Of a stretch of DNA of 41,419 nucleotides, positions 1 through 10,672 are shown piece after piece (within the stretch, counting starts at the first letter, position 1; every line of letters begins with the position of its first letter). The position numbers were made by a program, and so were the translations under genes. Origin of the DNA: Nemertoderma westbladi (lineage: Eukaryota; Animalia; Xenacoelomorpha). A model generated the notes under the pieces. The model saw only the letters and a list, made by a program, of their open reading frames with translations, was not told the DNA's origin and made no database searches. The stretch covers positions 1-41,419 of the forward strand of contig JAUCBJ010002347.1 in NCBI GenBank assembly GCA_032718475.1, in the 5' to 3' direction.

Positions 1-60
1 TGAAAACTCCTTTTTGTTTAGAATTGACGGTGACGGTAAACTGTAAATAATTCTGTTAAT

Positions 61-3000
61 ATGGTACTTAATTCTTCTACTAAATCGATGAGAAGAGATG
101 TAATAAATTATATGATTGAAAGAGGAGTAATCAAGGGATGACCAGGTTTGTATGCTCTACTTGCTACCACTACTATCTATTGAAACTAAAGAAAACACCA
201 ACCCATGGTGCAGTTGATTCAGTTACTGGACCAAAATTAAGCTTGGAGGGTTCAGGTACACAAGCGCCCGGGACAACTATCCAGAGTAGTGAATCAGAGA
301 TAGTTCCAGATACGCAATCTAGTTCACCCTGTCAATCCAGCTCACAAAAGTTGGATCACGATTATATTAGACCAAGTAATGTTTTGTCTGATTACGAACT
401 CATGATAAAGCAAATGAAGAAGGAATTGGTGGATTATGGATCTACAGTCCATGGAATTAAAAATTTCAATGATCTCAACATTGACACCAAAAACTACATT
501 CCAGAAGGAAGTATAACAAGAACATTCTTATATGATATATTTGAAGTTCACGGAAAAGCAAAGAATGTGTATTTGGCTAATAAAGTATTCGAATATCTTC
601 TCCTTGGATTCGATAGCAAATACATTGGGAAACTGCATGCACGAGAACAGGTTGTCCAATACTCAGTAGACCACTCCAAATTTAGCTGTACAGTTCGATC
701 ACATACTTCCCCACCATCATATTCTAAGACAATTGACTTGTGGTCGAACAGCAACTCACCTTTGCCGCCATTCCCTTCTCAAGATATAACAATCGCCATT
801 GATAATAATCAAAAGGTTGGGCGCATATGGCATGTTTATCAAACAGGAGTCCCAATCGGTAAGGTATGTTCTGTGATGTCTGTTTACACCCAGTCCAAGG
901 TTCCATTTATATTGCCATCAAATCCTGGTATAGACTTACAAAAACAAAACGTGAAGTATATTGATGTAGGTTTAGATTCAAAATGGAAAGAACTCATTGA
1001 AAAAATGCGACAAAAAATTCACAGCAATTCGAAATGCATTCATTGAAACCGAACTATCATATCTTCAAGGATATACGAGCTCTACTTCTTTCTGGCTTAA
1101 TTTCTATGGTAAACTTTTAGAAATTAGAAAGTGGGAGTACAGCTACAACACCAGTTGCAGAATTTATATTGAATCTACATAAACCATATGGTAATGACCC
1201 TGGGAGTTACAAAGCTGTAGAAAGTATAGTTGAAGAACTAAATAATGCTGTTGGAATCAATTCGAAAACTTCATCACATAATACTGGAATTGGTTCTAAG
1301 ATGTTGCAGCCTGCACCAAGAGGACATATAAACCTTGAACTAGATGGGAGTACCTTTTGTTTAATATTGGAATTGATGAGAAATTCCACCCAGAGTGGTC
1401 GGATTCTTTACTTCTGACTCCGGGCTTTGGTCATATGGAGCACAACATGCTGAAAGCAATAGCGTACATGTGGTTGGAACATTGCATTCCAGCGCTTTGC
1501 ACTAACAAATGGATTTGTTACCGAGAAAGCATTACAGTTTTTTAAGTCAATGTCAGACCACCACAAGAGTTATGAAGCCCTGGAAATAATACTCCATGGT
1601 TTCACTAGGGAATTGTTGCAACCGTTTATTTCTTACCAAGTTGAGGAAAGCAACTCCGATTTTTCATTAGTTGCATTGGTTACGTCGCGTATCAGCAACT
1701 GTCACATTTAGGCAACTCAAATTCGCGTTTCGGCAACTGAACAATTACGTTTCACCAACTACTATAGTTGTGTTTCGGCAACTCATAGTTGCATTTCGGC
1801 AACTCGTAGTTGCATTTCGGTGAACTGAAGTTGTGTTTCGGCAACTAGGTCACAAACCCGCATATGTAATGTAACTGTGACTACATTCATTATGTAGGTA
1901 AATGATAAATGATGACAAGTTTAAAAGTTAGTTATAGTTATTGACGGCAGAGTTGTTGATTGGTCATTTATATGTGTACATTGCTGGTTTGCACATAGGG
2001 CAGTGATAAAATATGATTTTGTGGTCTGATTGATAAATGGGAGTTTTTTTTCCACCTGTGACGCTGGACAGCTCTTACTCAAACCTACTTAAAATTAGAA
2101 CTAATCATTGTACGCTCTCCATTTTGGGCTTAAACTGATCATATGAGATATGTCGGATTCTAAATAAAATAACTCTATCTACTGACTCGAACGCGAGTTG
2201 AAAATCCAAATTTGAAAAGGGGAATAGATAAACAGTAATGTATGAATTAATATCAGATTGAATTATAATATCAGCTTGAATTAAAAGACTTATAATATAT
2301 CGAATAATGTAACCAATATATGGAATTAATAACATCTATATAACTCGAAGTAGTGTTGGAGTAGGCTTGGGTAAAATAGGGTAGAATGAAAATGAATAAT
2401 GGGAAACGTAATGAGGCAAAGTTAATAAATAATACTGAATTGCTCTGCCCTATGTTGATACAATGCGATGGTGACGACGTTGAGATTCCACCTATCTCTA
2501 TACTGTAGGCTCTATACAGTATCCAGTTGGCCTTTGTTTACGAGTTGCCGAAACGCATCTATCAGTTGCCAAAACGCATCTATCAGTTTGCCTAAGCGCA
2601 TCCTGTTAACAGTTGCCGAAATGTAACTATGTGTTGCCGCAATTAAACTATGAGTTGCCGAAATGCATCACTCAGTTGCCGAAACGCAACTTTGTTACCA
2701 TGTTGCCGAAACGCGACTATGAGTTTCCGAAACGCAGCTCTAACGCTACTATCAGTTGCCGAAACGCGACAACACCATTGCATTGGACGCTTTTATTGAA
2801 AAGGTCAATGATGTGACCTATAAATCTTTATTTTCCTTTACCTTTACAGCTTTAATGTCTATAAAAGCGATTCGAATAGGTGTAAGAAATGGCGATTTCG
2901 AATTGATAATAACAAGCATATACAAATTTGCTCCTGTATTTTTTACAAGAAGAAACTTCAACTACCAGCGTATTATTGCATATTATCTTGCTTCAATAGT

Positions 3001-3629
3001 GCGATTGGATGCACATTTGTCCAGTTTGTAGCATCAAGGGCATCTTACGTTAGAACAGGACATGGAAAGGGCCAAGGATTAGATTATGTATTGGAGGAAA
3101 TCCACCTGAAACACTTGATAAATGGGAAAAATTGTATTCTACAGTCATCCCCCTACCAGATCTAAGCAAGACACTTTTTGTAGACATTGGCGTTAATGAT
3201 CGTAAAGATACTTATTCTGACAAATATGGACCAACATACATCCAATCAATGGAAAAGTGCTTAGATCTGTGGAGAGCAACAATTTGAGATTCGGGTACTA
3301 TTAATACACATGGAATTTCAGATATACCTGAAGGGTTGTCAGGTATATTGGCAGCTGAACATATTAAGATATCAGCTGTAGTATTAAACATATTATATAA
3401 CCCACCAAGTTATATTGCTGTGCCAAAACTACCAATCATTCCTGTCACTGATTATGAATGTCAATTACAAAACAATATTAATAACTGGACAAAATCTGAG
3501 TTAGTTGCTTATGTTGAAGAACGGATTTCATATGATTCTGAACTGGCCCATTCTGAGCCGTTTCGAACTGACTATTCAAAATGTAAATCAAATAATGATT
3601 TATTACAGATTGTAAAAAAATTGATATAA
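61..3629 (+). pseudogene. Degenerate large gene of a DUF6589-like animal family, possibly a transposase; frameshifted and interrupted by a MITE
   Basis: ORFs 138-1046, 1169-1417, 1357-1545, 2756-3031 and 3336-3629 are collinear. They give the motifs IAIDNNQK, NDPGSYKAV, LELDG, PGFGHMEHNMLKA, SDHHKSY, GVRNGD, FAPVFF..NY and GQGLDYVLEE (~3070-3100). Removing 1677-2777 plus one TSD copy restores the frame (..SDFSLVALDAFIEK..). The family name is from recalled motifs. Confidence 0.6.
1677..2777. mobile_element. Non-autonomous foldback/MITE-type DNA transposon with arrays of subterminal repeats
   Basis: Imperfect TIRs TGGTTACGTCGCGTATCAGCAACTG / CAGTTGCCGAAACGCGACAACACCA. Many GTTTCGGCAACT copies lie on the left and AGTTGCCGAAAC copies on the right. 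TTGCAT is duplicated at 1671-1676 and 2778-2783, and excision restores the host frame. Confidence 0.88.
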
Positions 3630-3895
3630 ACAATATTTTCGGTTTTAATATCATAATTCATTTATGGTTACTGTAATCAATGATTATTAATTATAACAAA
3701 AGAAATATAAACAATGGAAATCCAACTGATACAACTAAGTATTCACAAACCAACAAACTGACAAATAATTGCAGAAATTTAAATTAGCCCTACAATTCTC
3801 TTTTTACACCCTATTGTTTACTCTGACGCGTAACAGCGGTTTCTTTCTTCCCCGCCCTCGCATTTTCATCCCTGGATAATGTTTAACACGCAGTA

Positions 3896-3970
3896 ATACT
3901 AAAGTAAGATTAAAGGGGCATTCCTCCCCACTGATACTAAAGTAAGATTAAAGGGGCATTCCCTCCACTG
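3896..3970. repeat. Tandem duplication, two copies of a ~38-bp unit
   Basis: ATACTAAAGTAAGATTAAAGGGGCATTCC..CCACTG occurs twice in a row. Confidence 0.9.
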
Positions 3971-5252
3971 ATGAACACAAATCAATATCTAGTTATAATA
4001 ATCAATCAGGATTGGTGTTAAATAAAGATTATGTCAGTACTATATAATAAGTTAATTAGTAACTATTTATGTACTGCTTTCTGTACTTGTGTGTAAACTA
4101 CCTTATCACTTTCTGACTTTAAGAGTGATCCGATCTGAGGGGTTTGTTAAATGAATGAACATACTGTAGTGAATGAAGTGTGGAAGAGTGTAATTAAATA
4201 ATAATGAGGATCAGAATAATATAAAGTATAAAGAAAGGGCAATGCAGGAAGTACAGAAGCATTATATGTATATAACTAAGTAGGTTTTCTTATTACAGTA
4301 AATTTTTTAATTATTGATTTGCGTTGTTGTTTTCATCAGTATGAAAGAAAGCACCTTTAGGGATTTCAGCATCTCGGATGTAATGCGGTACCACCCTGCA
4401 CACCGCTGATGAGTCCAAGTTTCACAGTTCTCACAACCCACCCACTCAGAATTAATTATCTTATCTTTGGGACTCCCCAAAAGTTACACCACAAGTACTA
4501 CATTTAGAATCTGATGTTATTGTTCGTTGTGGTGGCAATGTTTGTATCTCCTTTAGTGGAGTTAGGCTGGTCAAACTGACTTCTTTTGAGCCAATAGATG
4601 CTTGGGGTTTGGTTTTTGATTGTGCCATGTCCAGTATAGTGGATGGAGATTGAAGCATTGACTTAGGGATTTTAATTCAGGGACATCATTGGTAACAACT
4701 TCGTAATTACGCCGATCCTCATCATAGTAAATTACAGCCATCCCGCTATTTGGTTGGACACTACCATTATCTGAAAATGCCAGTTTGCTATTGAGGACGC
4801 CAGTAGAGCCAAATGAAAACCTTTCTGGATCGGGAAAACAACCGTTCCGTATGGGGAAAGTTTCACCCCTTTCCCAATGGGGGAATTGGACCGTACTGAC
4901 AGGCTGTGCAGCCGACTGCTAGGCCCTAAAACTTATGGGCCAACTTTTTTTAAACATTGCCACTGCTACTGTACACCCTACAGTGTACAGTACATGTGTA
5001 CCGGTAACAGAATAAAGATTACTGATAAATGGCTATTCTTTCACTCAGTAGAACAAGAATCTGTTTCTGGCATTAATTTTTATAGAATGTAGGGTGTTGT
5101 AGCGGCCAGGCTACTGTGTGGCTGACCACGTTAAAATTTTGGTGCAGCGGGTTGGAATATTGTAGTATGGAGATGTTTTGTATTACACGCACAATCGAGC
5201 GTACTAGGGTTGAAAATGAGTTGAGTGTGATTAAGTTCAGTTTTATTTATTA

Positions 5253-5502
5253 CTAGCAGGCAATACCCGAGGAATTTCCCAGTATTTCCCGCTACCGGCA
5301 TATGCCTACTGGCGTACTGATACCGGTATAGGCCTACTGACGTACCGGTACCGAACGTGAATTATACTTTTCGAAGAGTGGCCTATAACGACCGCTGGTT
5401 AAAGTTATACACACATGCCAAGTCCCAGCGCAATCCCTCTGCCCGTTTTGGAGGAGTTCGAACACAGAGAGAGAGAGAGAATTTGATTTTTATAGGTATA
5501 GA
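5253..5502 (-). mobile_element. Non-autonomous Helitron (250 bp) nested in the P-element
   Basis: The minus strand reads A|TCTATACC...CTAG|T: TC start, CTAG end, inserted between A and T with no TSD. There is a degenerate hairpin just before CTAG and a (GA)n tract near the 5' end. Confidence 0.75.
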
Positions 5503-6419
5503 TCAATTGTAGGGCGATAGTTCATTATTTTCAATAATTCGATAAAATATTATTATGTAATTTACAATTTACCGGTAATTAAATATAATTGATTGAAACC
5601 TGTTAAATAGGGGTATTATCAAAAGGTTGGGAAAAAATTCGTCTGTTTTGGTAAAGTATTGAAAATGAAAAATAGGTGAACCGGTAATGGTAAAAGTAAA
5701 ACAATAAATTAAGGTCTGAATAAGGGGCAAGGGGGAACTCGATTGAGCGGTGAAACACGCTGCCTAACAACCGACCAAAATTTGCAGTAAAAAAGGATCT
5801 CTTAATAAAGATTCTGAGCTTTTTTATAGTAATTTGTGCATTAAGGGGTTTCCCGTTATATTACTCGATAATTAACGGTCAAATTTCAAACACTGGCATC
5901 TGAATGATATTGCTGAATTAATAATTTCGGATTAAATTTCTGATTTAATAATTTCCAATAGGATGGCTGGGGAGCCTATACATGGGGATGCCTCACTGTG
6001 TCAACTGCTAAATCAGGGCACTGTATCTATATTGGATATAGTGAATGCTCATACTACGCTTGAGTTGCATTCTAAGTACAGTGATTGGATCGGTCATTCA
6101 AAAAAACCCACAAAGAATGAATGAATGTAATAATACATGAGTTTGTTTGAAGGTAATCCAATCCAATTAAGGCAGCCCTTCTGATGAAATGATAAATGAT
6201 ATTGAAGGTAGTCCAAACCCGTCAAGGTGGCCCTTCTGATGGAATGAAACGATATGCGGGATTGAATGAATAACCAAACCAAGAACTGCACAATAAAATG
6301 GTTGTATGCGTGGTAAGGGCAGACGCAGAATAATTGGTAATTGAAGTCATTTTATCTATGTGAAACTGCCCATGTTCAAACTTGTACAAACTAATAATAT
6401 CAATTAGTTATATCAATTA

Positions 6420-9050
6420 ATGGGAAGAAAATGCTCTGTGGGTTACTGCAGAACTGGATATGTGTCCAAGAATGTTGCACCAGGTGAACCAGAGGATCAC
6501 ATAACTGTGTACATCTTTCCGAAGGATGATTCAGTCAGAACTGGATTCCTGGTTGGCTCGGTTGCCAAATCGTATCAATCGAACTAATATTACCTGTAAC
6601 ATGGGGGGTGTGCGGGAAACACTGGCTGGACGACGTTTCACTAAAGCGTAGTGGGGGGGGGGGGGGGGGCGCTATTTAGTCCCAGCTGTCCCACCCTCAA
6701 TATTTCCGGGTGCAGCACCATCGGTTATCCCAACTCCCCCGCCACCAGCTCGTCCAACCTCGCGCTCAAGCGTAGAAGTACAAAATCCTGCTGTTGATGA
6801 GTTGTGTGCGTTTTTAACCAAAGATAAAATTACTGCACTGGATCATGCTACATTACTTTCTGAAAATTCAGAAAAGATTTCCAGGAACTCCAATGCCAAC
6901 ATCCTGAGATGACGATATGGAAAAGATCGTGGTAATGTTTAGCGAAGAGAGAAATGGACCCATTTATGGTTGGTCTATATATCTTAAAGCATAGGCCTGC
7001 TCCTGCCGAGACCGCGGTGGACAATATTTCTACAGTGATGAAACTTTATTATGAAGTTTATAATAAACTGACTCTTGTGAAACACCCCAACTTTGCTACT
7101 GAAGTTTCATATTGGTCCCAACTTACTCGTAAATTTCATCAAGCATTTTCAACAGAATGATAAAATTGCACATAAGTTAGAATTCCTAATTTGCGCGATC
7201 ACGATATTAAACTCACCTAAAAATGGAAAAATTTATTCGCATAAAGACCTAACCACAGCATTGGAGTGGTATGCTACGTCACGATCATACTACTCGAAAG
7301 TATGTAAACTTGTTCCATTACCGTCAATCAGATTATTGCAGAAAATTACCAGCGCATGCTCTAATGACGATGCTAAGGATTTCTATAGGGGGTATTTTAC
7401 AGCTTGGAGCCTTGTTCCCGAGTTGTTTGGATTTTGGTTAATGTGATGTTGCACATTTAGGCTTCACTGAGCTATATGGGTGGTTCAATATTTGGGAAAG
7501 CCTGTAATGCTGGCCAATTCTGTTCTTGGGATTATGGTTAAATGTTTTTTTTAATGCACACTGACGATTTGTTATTAAACTTATTCCAGTCTGCAACTTA
7601 GATTCAAAGTACCAGTTTGACCAAGTTAAGAGGTTATGCATTGATTTACACCACTGCAGTGTGATTGTTTTAGGTATTACTGGTGATAATTTATTTTTAA
7701 TAGTTTTTTTAAATGTTTGAACCAATAGATCCAACACAACCGTGGATTTGCTGATCTTTATTAGACTCTAACGTTTTAATATTTCTTCTCCATGATCCTG
7801 TACACGCTTTTAAGTGCATAAGAAACAATTTCCTTACTGAAGTTACCCAACAACTGAAGTTCTATAGTATTGAAGACTATTGTCTAATGCAGGTAATGAC
7901 TGCCAAGTGGCTGATTTAAGAAATCTGTTCTATCACGAGAGCAATTACATTGTGAAGTTATCTAAACTTACAGAAAGATCCATATCACCAAACAATTTAG
8001 ATAAACAAAATGTTAAACTGGTCCTTCATTAACATCTACTAAGGCCATCTCTAAGGCCATCTATTAATAACTGATAAAGTCATATAAGCAGGAGTGGGTT
8101 AAAACTGCCAATTTCTCCCAGGATGACTTGGAATCACATTACAGACATTTTAGAGAATCTGGCGGTGCGAATTACCATATTTCTCATGCACAGGTAGTCC
8201 AAACCCATTGAATAGACCAAGCAAAGTTGTATATGCAGTTGGACATAGAAATTCCCTAACATTTATCAAAACACAATTGCCCCAATTGCTTTTCGAGACT
8301 AACAGATAATGAAGTAGGTATTTTGGATTCAATTCAATTATACATAAGTGAAGTCAGTGGGGACGAAAGGATGGGTCTGTTCCATTTTGCAGGATATGTG
8401 GCACGAAAATGCCCTGATTACTACTCAACAGGAAATGAAGTCCTAGAAGATTCACATTATTTGGAATGTCTTAGCCGGGGTGGTCTTGTTAATCCAACTA
8501 AAGAACATCGATCTTAGGATCGATTAGGTCCACGGACGAGGGTCTGTTGGACCTCGTCTCCTAGGCTCCTCCACTTGCGTTCCCCGCTCCCCCTATCCCA
8601 TCTCCCCTCCCCCTTATAACTCTTATTCCCCCGCCCCCTTTGTAATTTGTCTCTATTCTGAGATGCTTTTTATAATTTGTGCTTCATTATTGTAGTATTT
8701 CTATTTGTTTGTAATAATTAACTTTAAATGTACATTAGCAAAATAAGTGTAAAAATGTGAATATTTTACTATATAAATACATTTTATCTGAATGGGTCAA
8801 AATCACTAAAGAACTGTTTATGTTAGTACTTTCAGCATATTCCTTTGTAATTCGTACTGAATCAGTTCTGTTCATCAACCGTTTTGCGAATTGCATTGAC
8901 ATTATTTCCTGCACTACACACAACCCTTTACCTTTATCGAAGAAGGCATGAAATATCCTTGGAAACACATTTCTCAAACGCATCTCTATTTACCACCACA
9001 CCCCAAACAGCTCATCCGCAGCAATGGAGAATTGCAAACTTTGGCGCATT
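6420..9050 (+). pseudogene. THAP-domain P-element transposase (THAP9-like), with multiple frameshifts and stops
   Basis: The N-terminus MGRKCSVGYC..FPKD..W...LP..VCGKHW..PAVPPSIFP is a THAP finger. It is followed by YYSKVCKLVPLPSIRLL, YMGGSIFG, GITGDN, HDPVHAFKCIRNN, DKQNVKL, GGANYHIS, FAGYVARK and LSRGGLVNP, all typical of P transposases. Confidence 0.88.
8507..8804 (+). mobile_element. 298-bp insertion with a 10-bp TSD, probably a 5'-truncated non-LTR retrotransposon 3'UTR or a SINE
   Basis: ACTAAAGAAC is duplicated at 8497-8506 and 8805-8814. Removal restores the transposase frame (VNPTKELFMLV). There are no TIRs. It contains a GACGAGG..CCTCGTC hairpin, a C-rich tract and a T-rich 3' half. 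Confidence 0.75.
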
Positions 9051-9091
9051 GCTTTATAAGTACCATAGTATAATATAGTGTACCCTAATCA

Positions 9092-9245
9092 AAACTGAGA
9101 TATTTCTCTACAGGGGGGTCACAAGTTGAGTCCGAGCCCGGGGAGACTCTTTTTAAACTGAGATATTTCTCTACAGGGGGGTCGCAAATTGAGTCCGAGC
9201 CGGAGAGACTCTTTAAACTGAGATATTTCTCTACAGGGGAGTCAC
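9092..9245. repeat. Minisatellite, ~2.5 copies of a ~60-bp unit
   Basis: AAACTGAGATATTTCTCTACAGGGG.. occurs three times. This explains the repetitive ORF at 9085-9279. Confidence 0.9.
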
Positions 9246-10631
9246 ATGTTATTTCTGGTTTACCGTTAATCTTCAGCATTGTTACTTATTCATTCAATTT
9301 AATTAATGAAGAGCCCGTATTAGGGCCACTGATGTTTTTTATACTGGGGAATATTGAGACGGCGATCGTAATAAATAATAGTACTACAAATAATAAAACA
9401 ATAACACAAAGTACATGTTAATAATATAAAGTACTACTATCAAGTACCTCAAAATAATATAAAGTAAAGATGTATTTTTATTGAGGGTGGGGGGGGGGGG
9501 GGTGGGGTGGGGTGGGTTTGCGTTCTAACTACTGAGCAAAACAAACTAGAGAACTGTTGGGAAACTGACGTCAGAAATGTAATAATCGATAAGGATTACG
9601 CCCATAACAAAACTTTTAGCTAGGTGGAATGCTTTTCTCATATTTTGACAGACAGACAGATCGACAGACAGACATAATCGACTTAGCTAAATATGAAAAC
9701 TGACATCGGATATGAAATCAGTGACCAGGAAAACCACAACAAAAAGTTTTTGCTTGGTGATGTTCTTATATTTTGACAGACAGATCGTTGGACGGACGGT
9801 CAGACAGACATAAAGACATAATAGTTTCATTAAAAGTGAAAACTGACATTTGTAATAAATTTTGACAGATAAAACGTCAGAAATGCAATCCCAGATAGAC
9901 ACTTTTCACAGACACTACACAGAGCAGCAGAGTAAGGTTAACATTTTCGCTCATAACTTTTGAACTACTGTACATTAGCTATTAACAAATGGTTTGAAAT
10001 TTTTGAAATCCTCATAAAAATCGCACCAGGTGGGATTGAAAATGGAAAATCTATTTTTTTGGAATTAGTGGACCCCCCTTAAACTATATAGTGTAAGTTA
10101 TAAGCCCTCAAAATGTATGTTCCCCTTAAAACGACGTAATTAACACAATAAATCAATGCCCCCACCAAACTACAACAGAATTATGTACTATGTACTTATT
10201 GCCCTATGTATAGTTGGCCTTATTGAGTAGATATCATTTTTGGATCAAAAAATTACTGCCAAAAACAGATTCTCCATCATCGATTATCTGAAAAAGCAGA
10301 ATATAGTGAGTGTGAATGAATGGCCATTATGAGTAATCTATCCTTTACACTGCGTAGCAGTGTACTATTTAAAAAAGTCGGCCCATAAGTTTTAGGGACT
10401 AGCAGTCGGCTGCACGGCCTGTCTTCTATTAGGCCATGATAAAAACTACTCTTAAAAAAAGGTTGTTACAGGTAGAATGTTAGGGTCCAACCGTCCGTCC
10501 ACATGACATCTGGACATGTTATGTAAATATTACCAAATCAATTTCATGTGGTCTATGTATGTATCTAATGTCTTCTATGTTTGTGTTATTTTATTGTTCA
10601 GTTTAATGTTTTACTTTGAGCACAATTAAAT

Positions 10632-10672
10632 CAATACCAATACCAATACCAATACCAATACCAATACCAATA
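10632..10672 (+). repeat. (CAATAC)n microsatellite, likely a LINE 3' tail
   Basis: About 6.5 units follow directly after ATTAAA and a T-rich UTR-like stretch. Confidence 0.8.

Larger units (their letters stand above)
4898..10423 (+). mobile_element. P-element superfamily DNA transposon (decayed)
   Basis: ~70-bp inverted termini: GACAGGCTGTGCAGCCGACTGCTAGGCCCTAAAACTTATGGGCC.. at 4898 and ..GGCCCATAAGTTTTAGGGACTAGCAGTCGGCTGCACGGCCTGTC ending at 10423. They flank a THAP-transposase pseudogene. No clean 8-bp TSD, so the exact ends are uncertain by a few bases. Confidence 0.85.

Noticed and set aside
1690-2770. CRISPR-like array suggested by regularly spaced GTTTCGGCAACT repeats
   Set aside because: The repeats are only ~12 bp with ~10-bp gaps and are inverted between the two arms. 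They sit inside a TSD-bounded element in eukaryotic DNA with no cas genes.
2613-2816. Repeat protein ORF (LPKRN..)
   Set aside because: It is a translation of the MITE's subterminal repeats.
4385-4425. Hammerhead ribozyme (ACCGCTGATGAGTCC)
   Set aside because: The CTGATGAG box and the start of stem II are present, but no GGAC-GAAA or cleavage triplet follows. At most it is a truncated relic.
9085-9279. Repeat protein ORF (CDPPVEKYLS)
   Set aside because: It is a by-product of the minisatellite.
9950-10082. Kolobok-like end (..GGACCCCCC|TTAA)
   Set aside because: I found no matching left terminus, so no element could be delimited.
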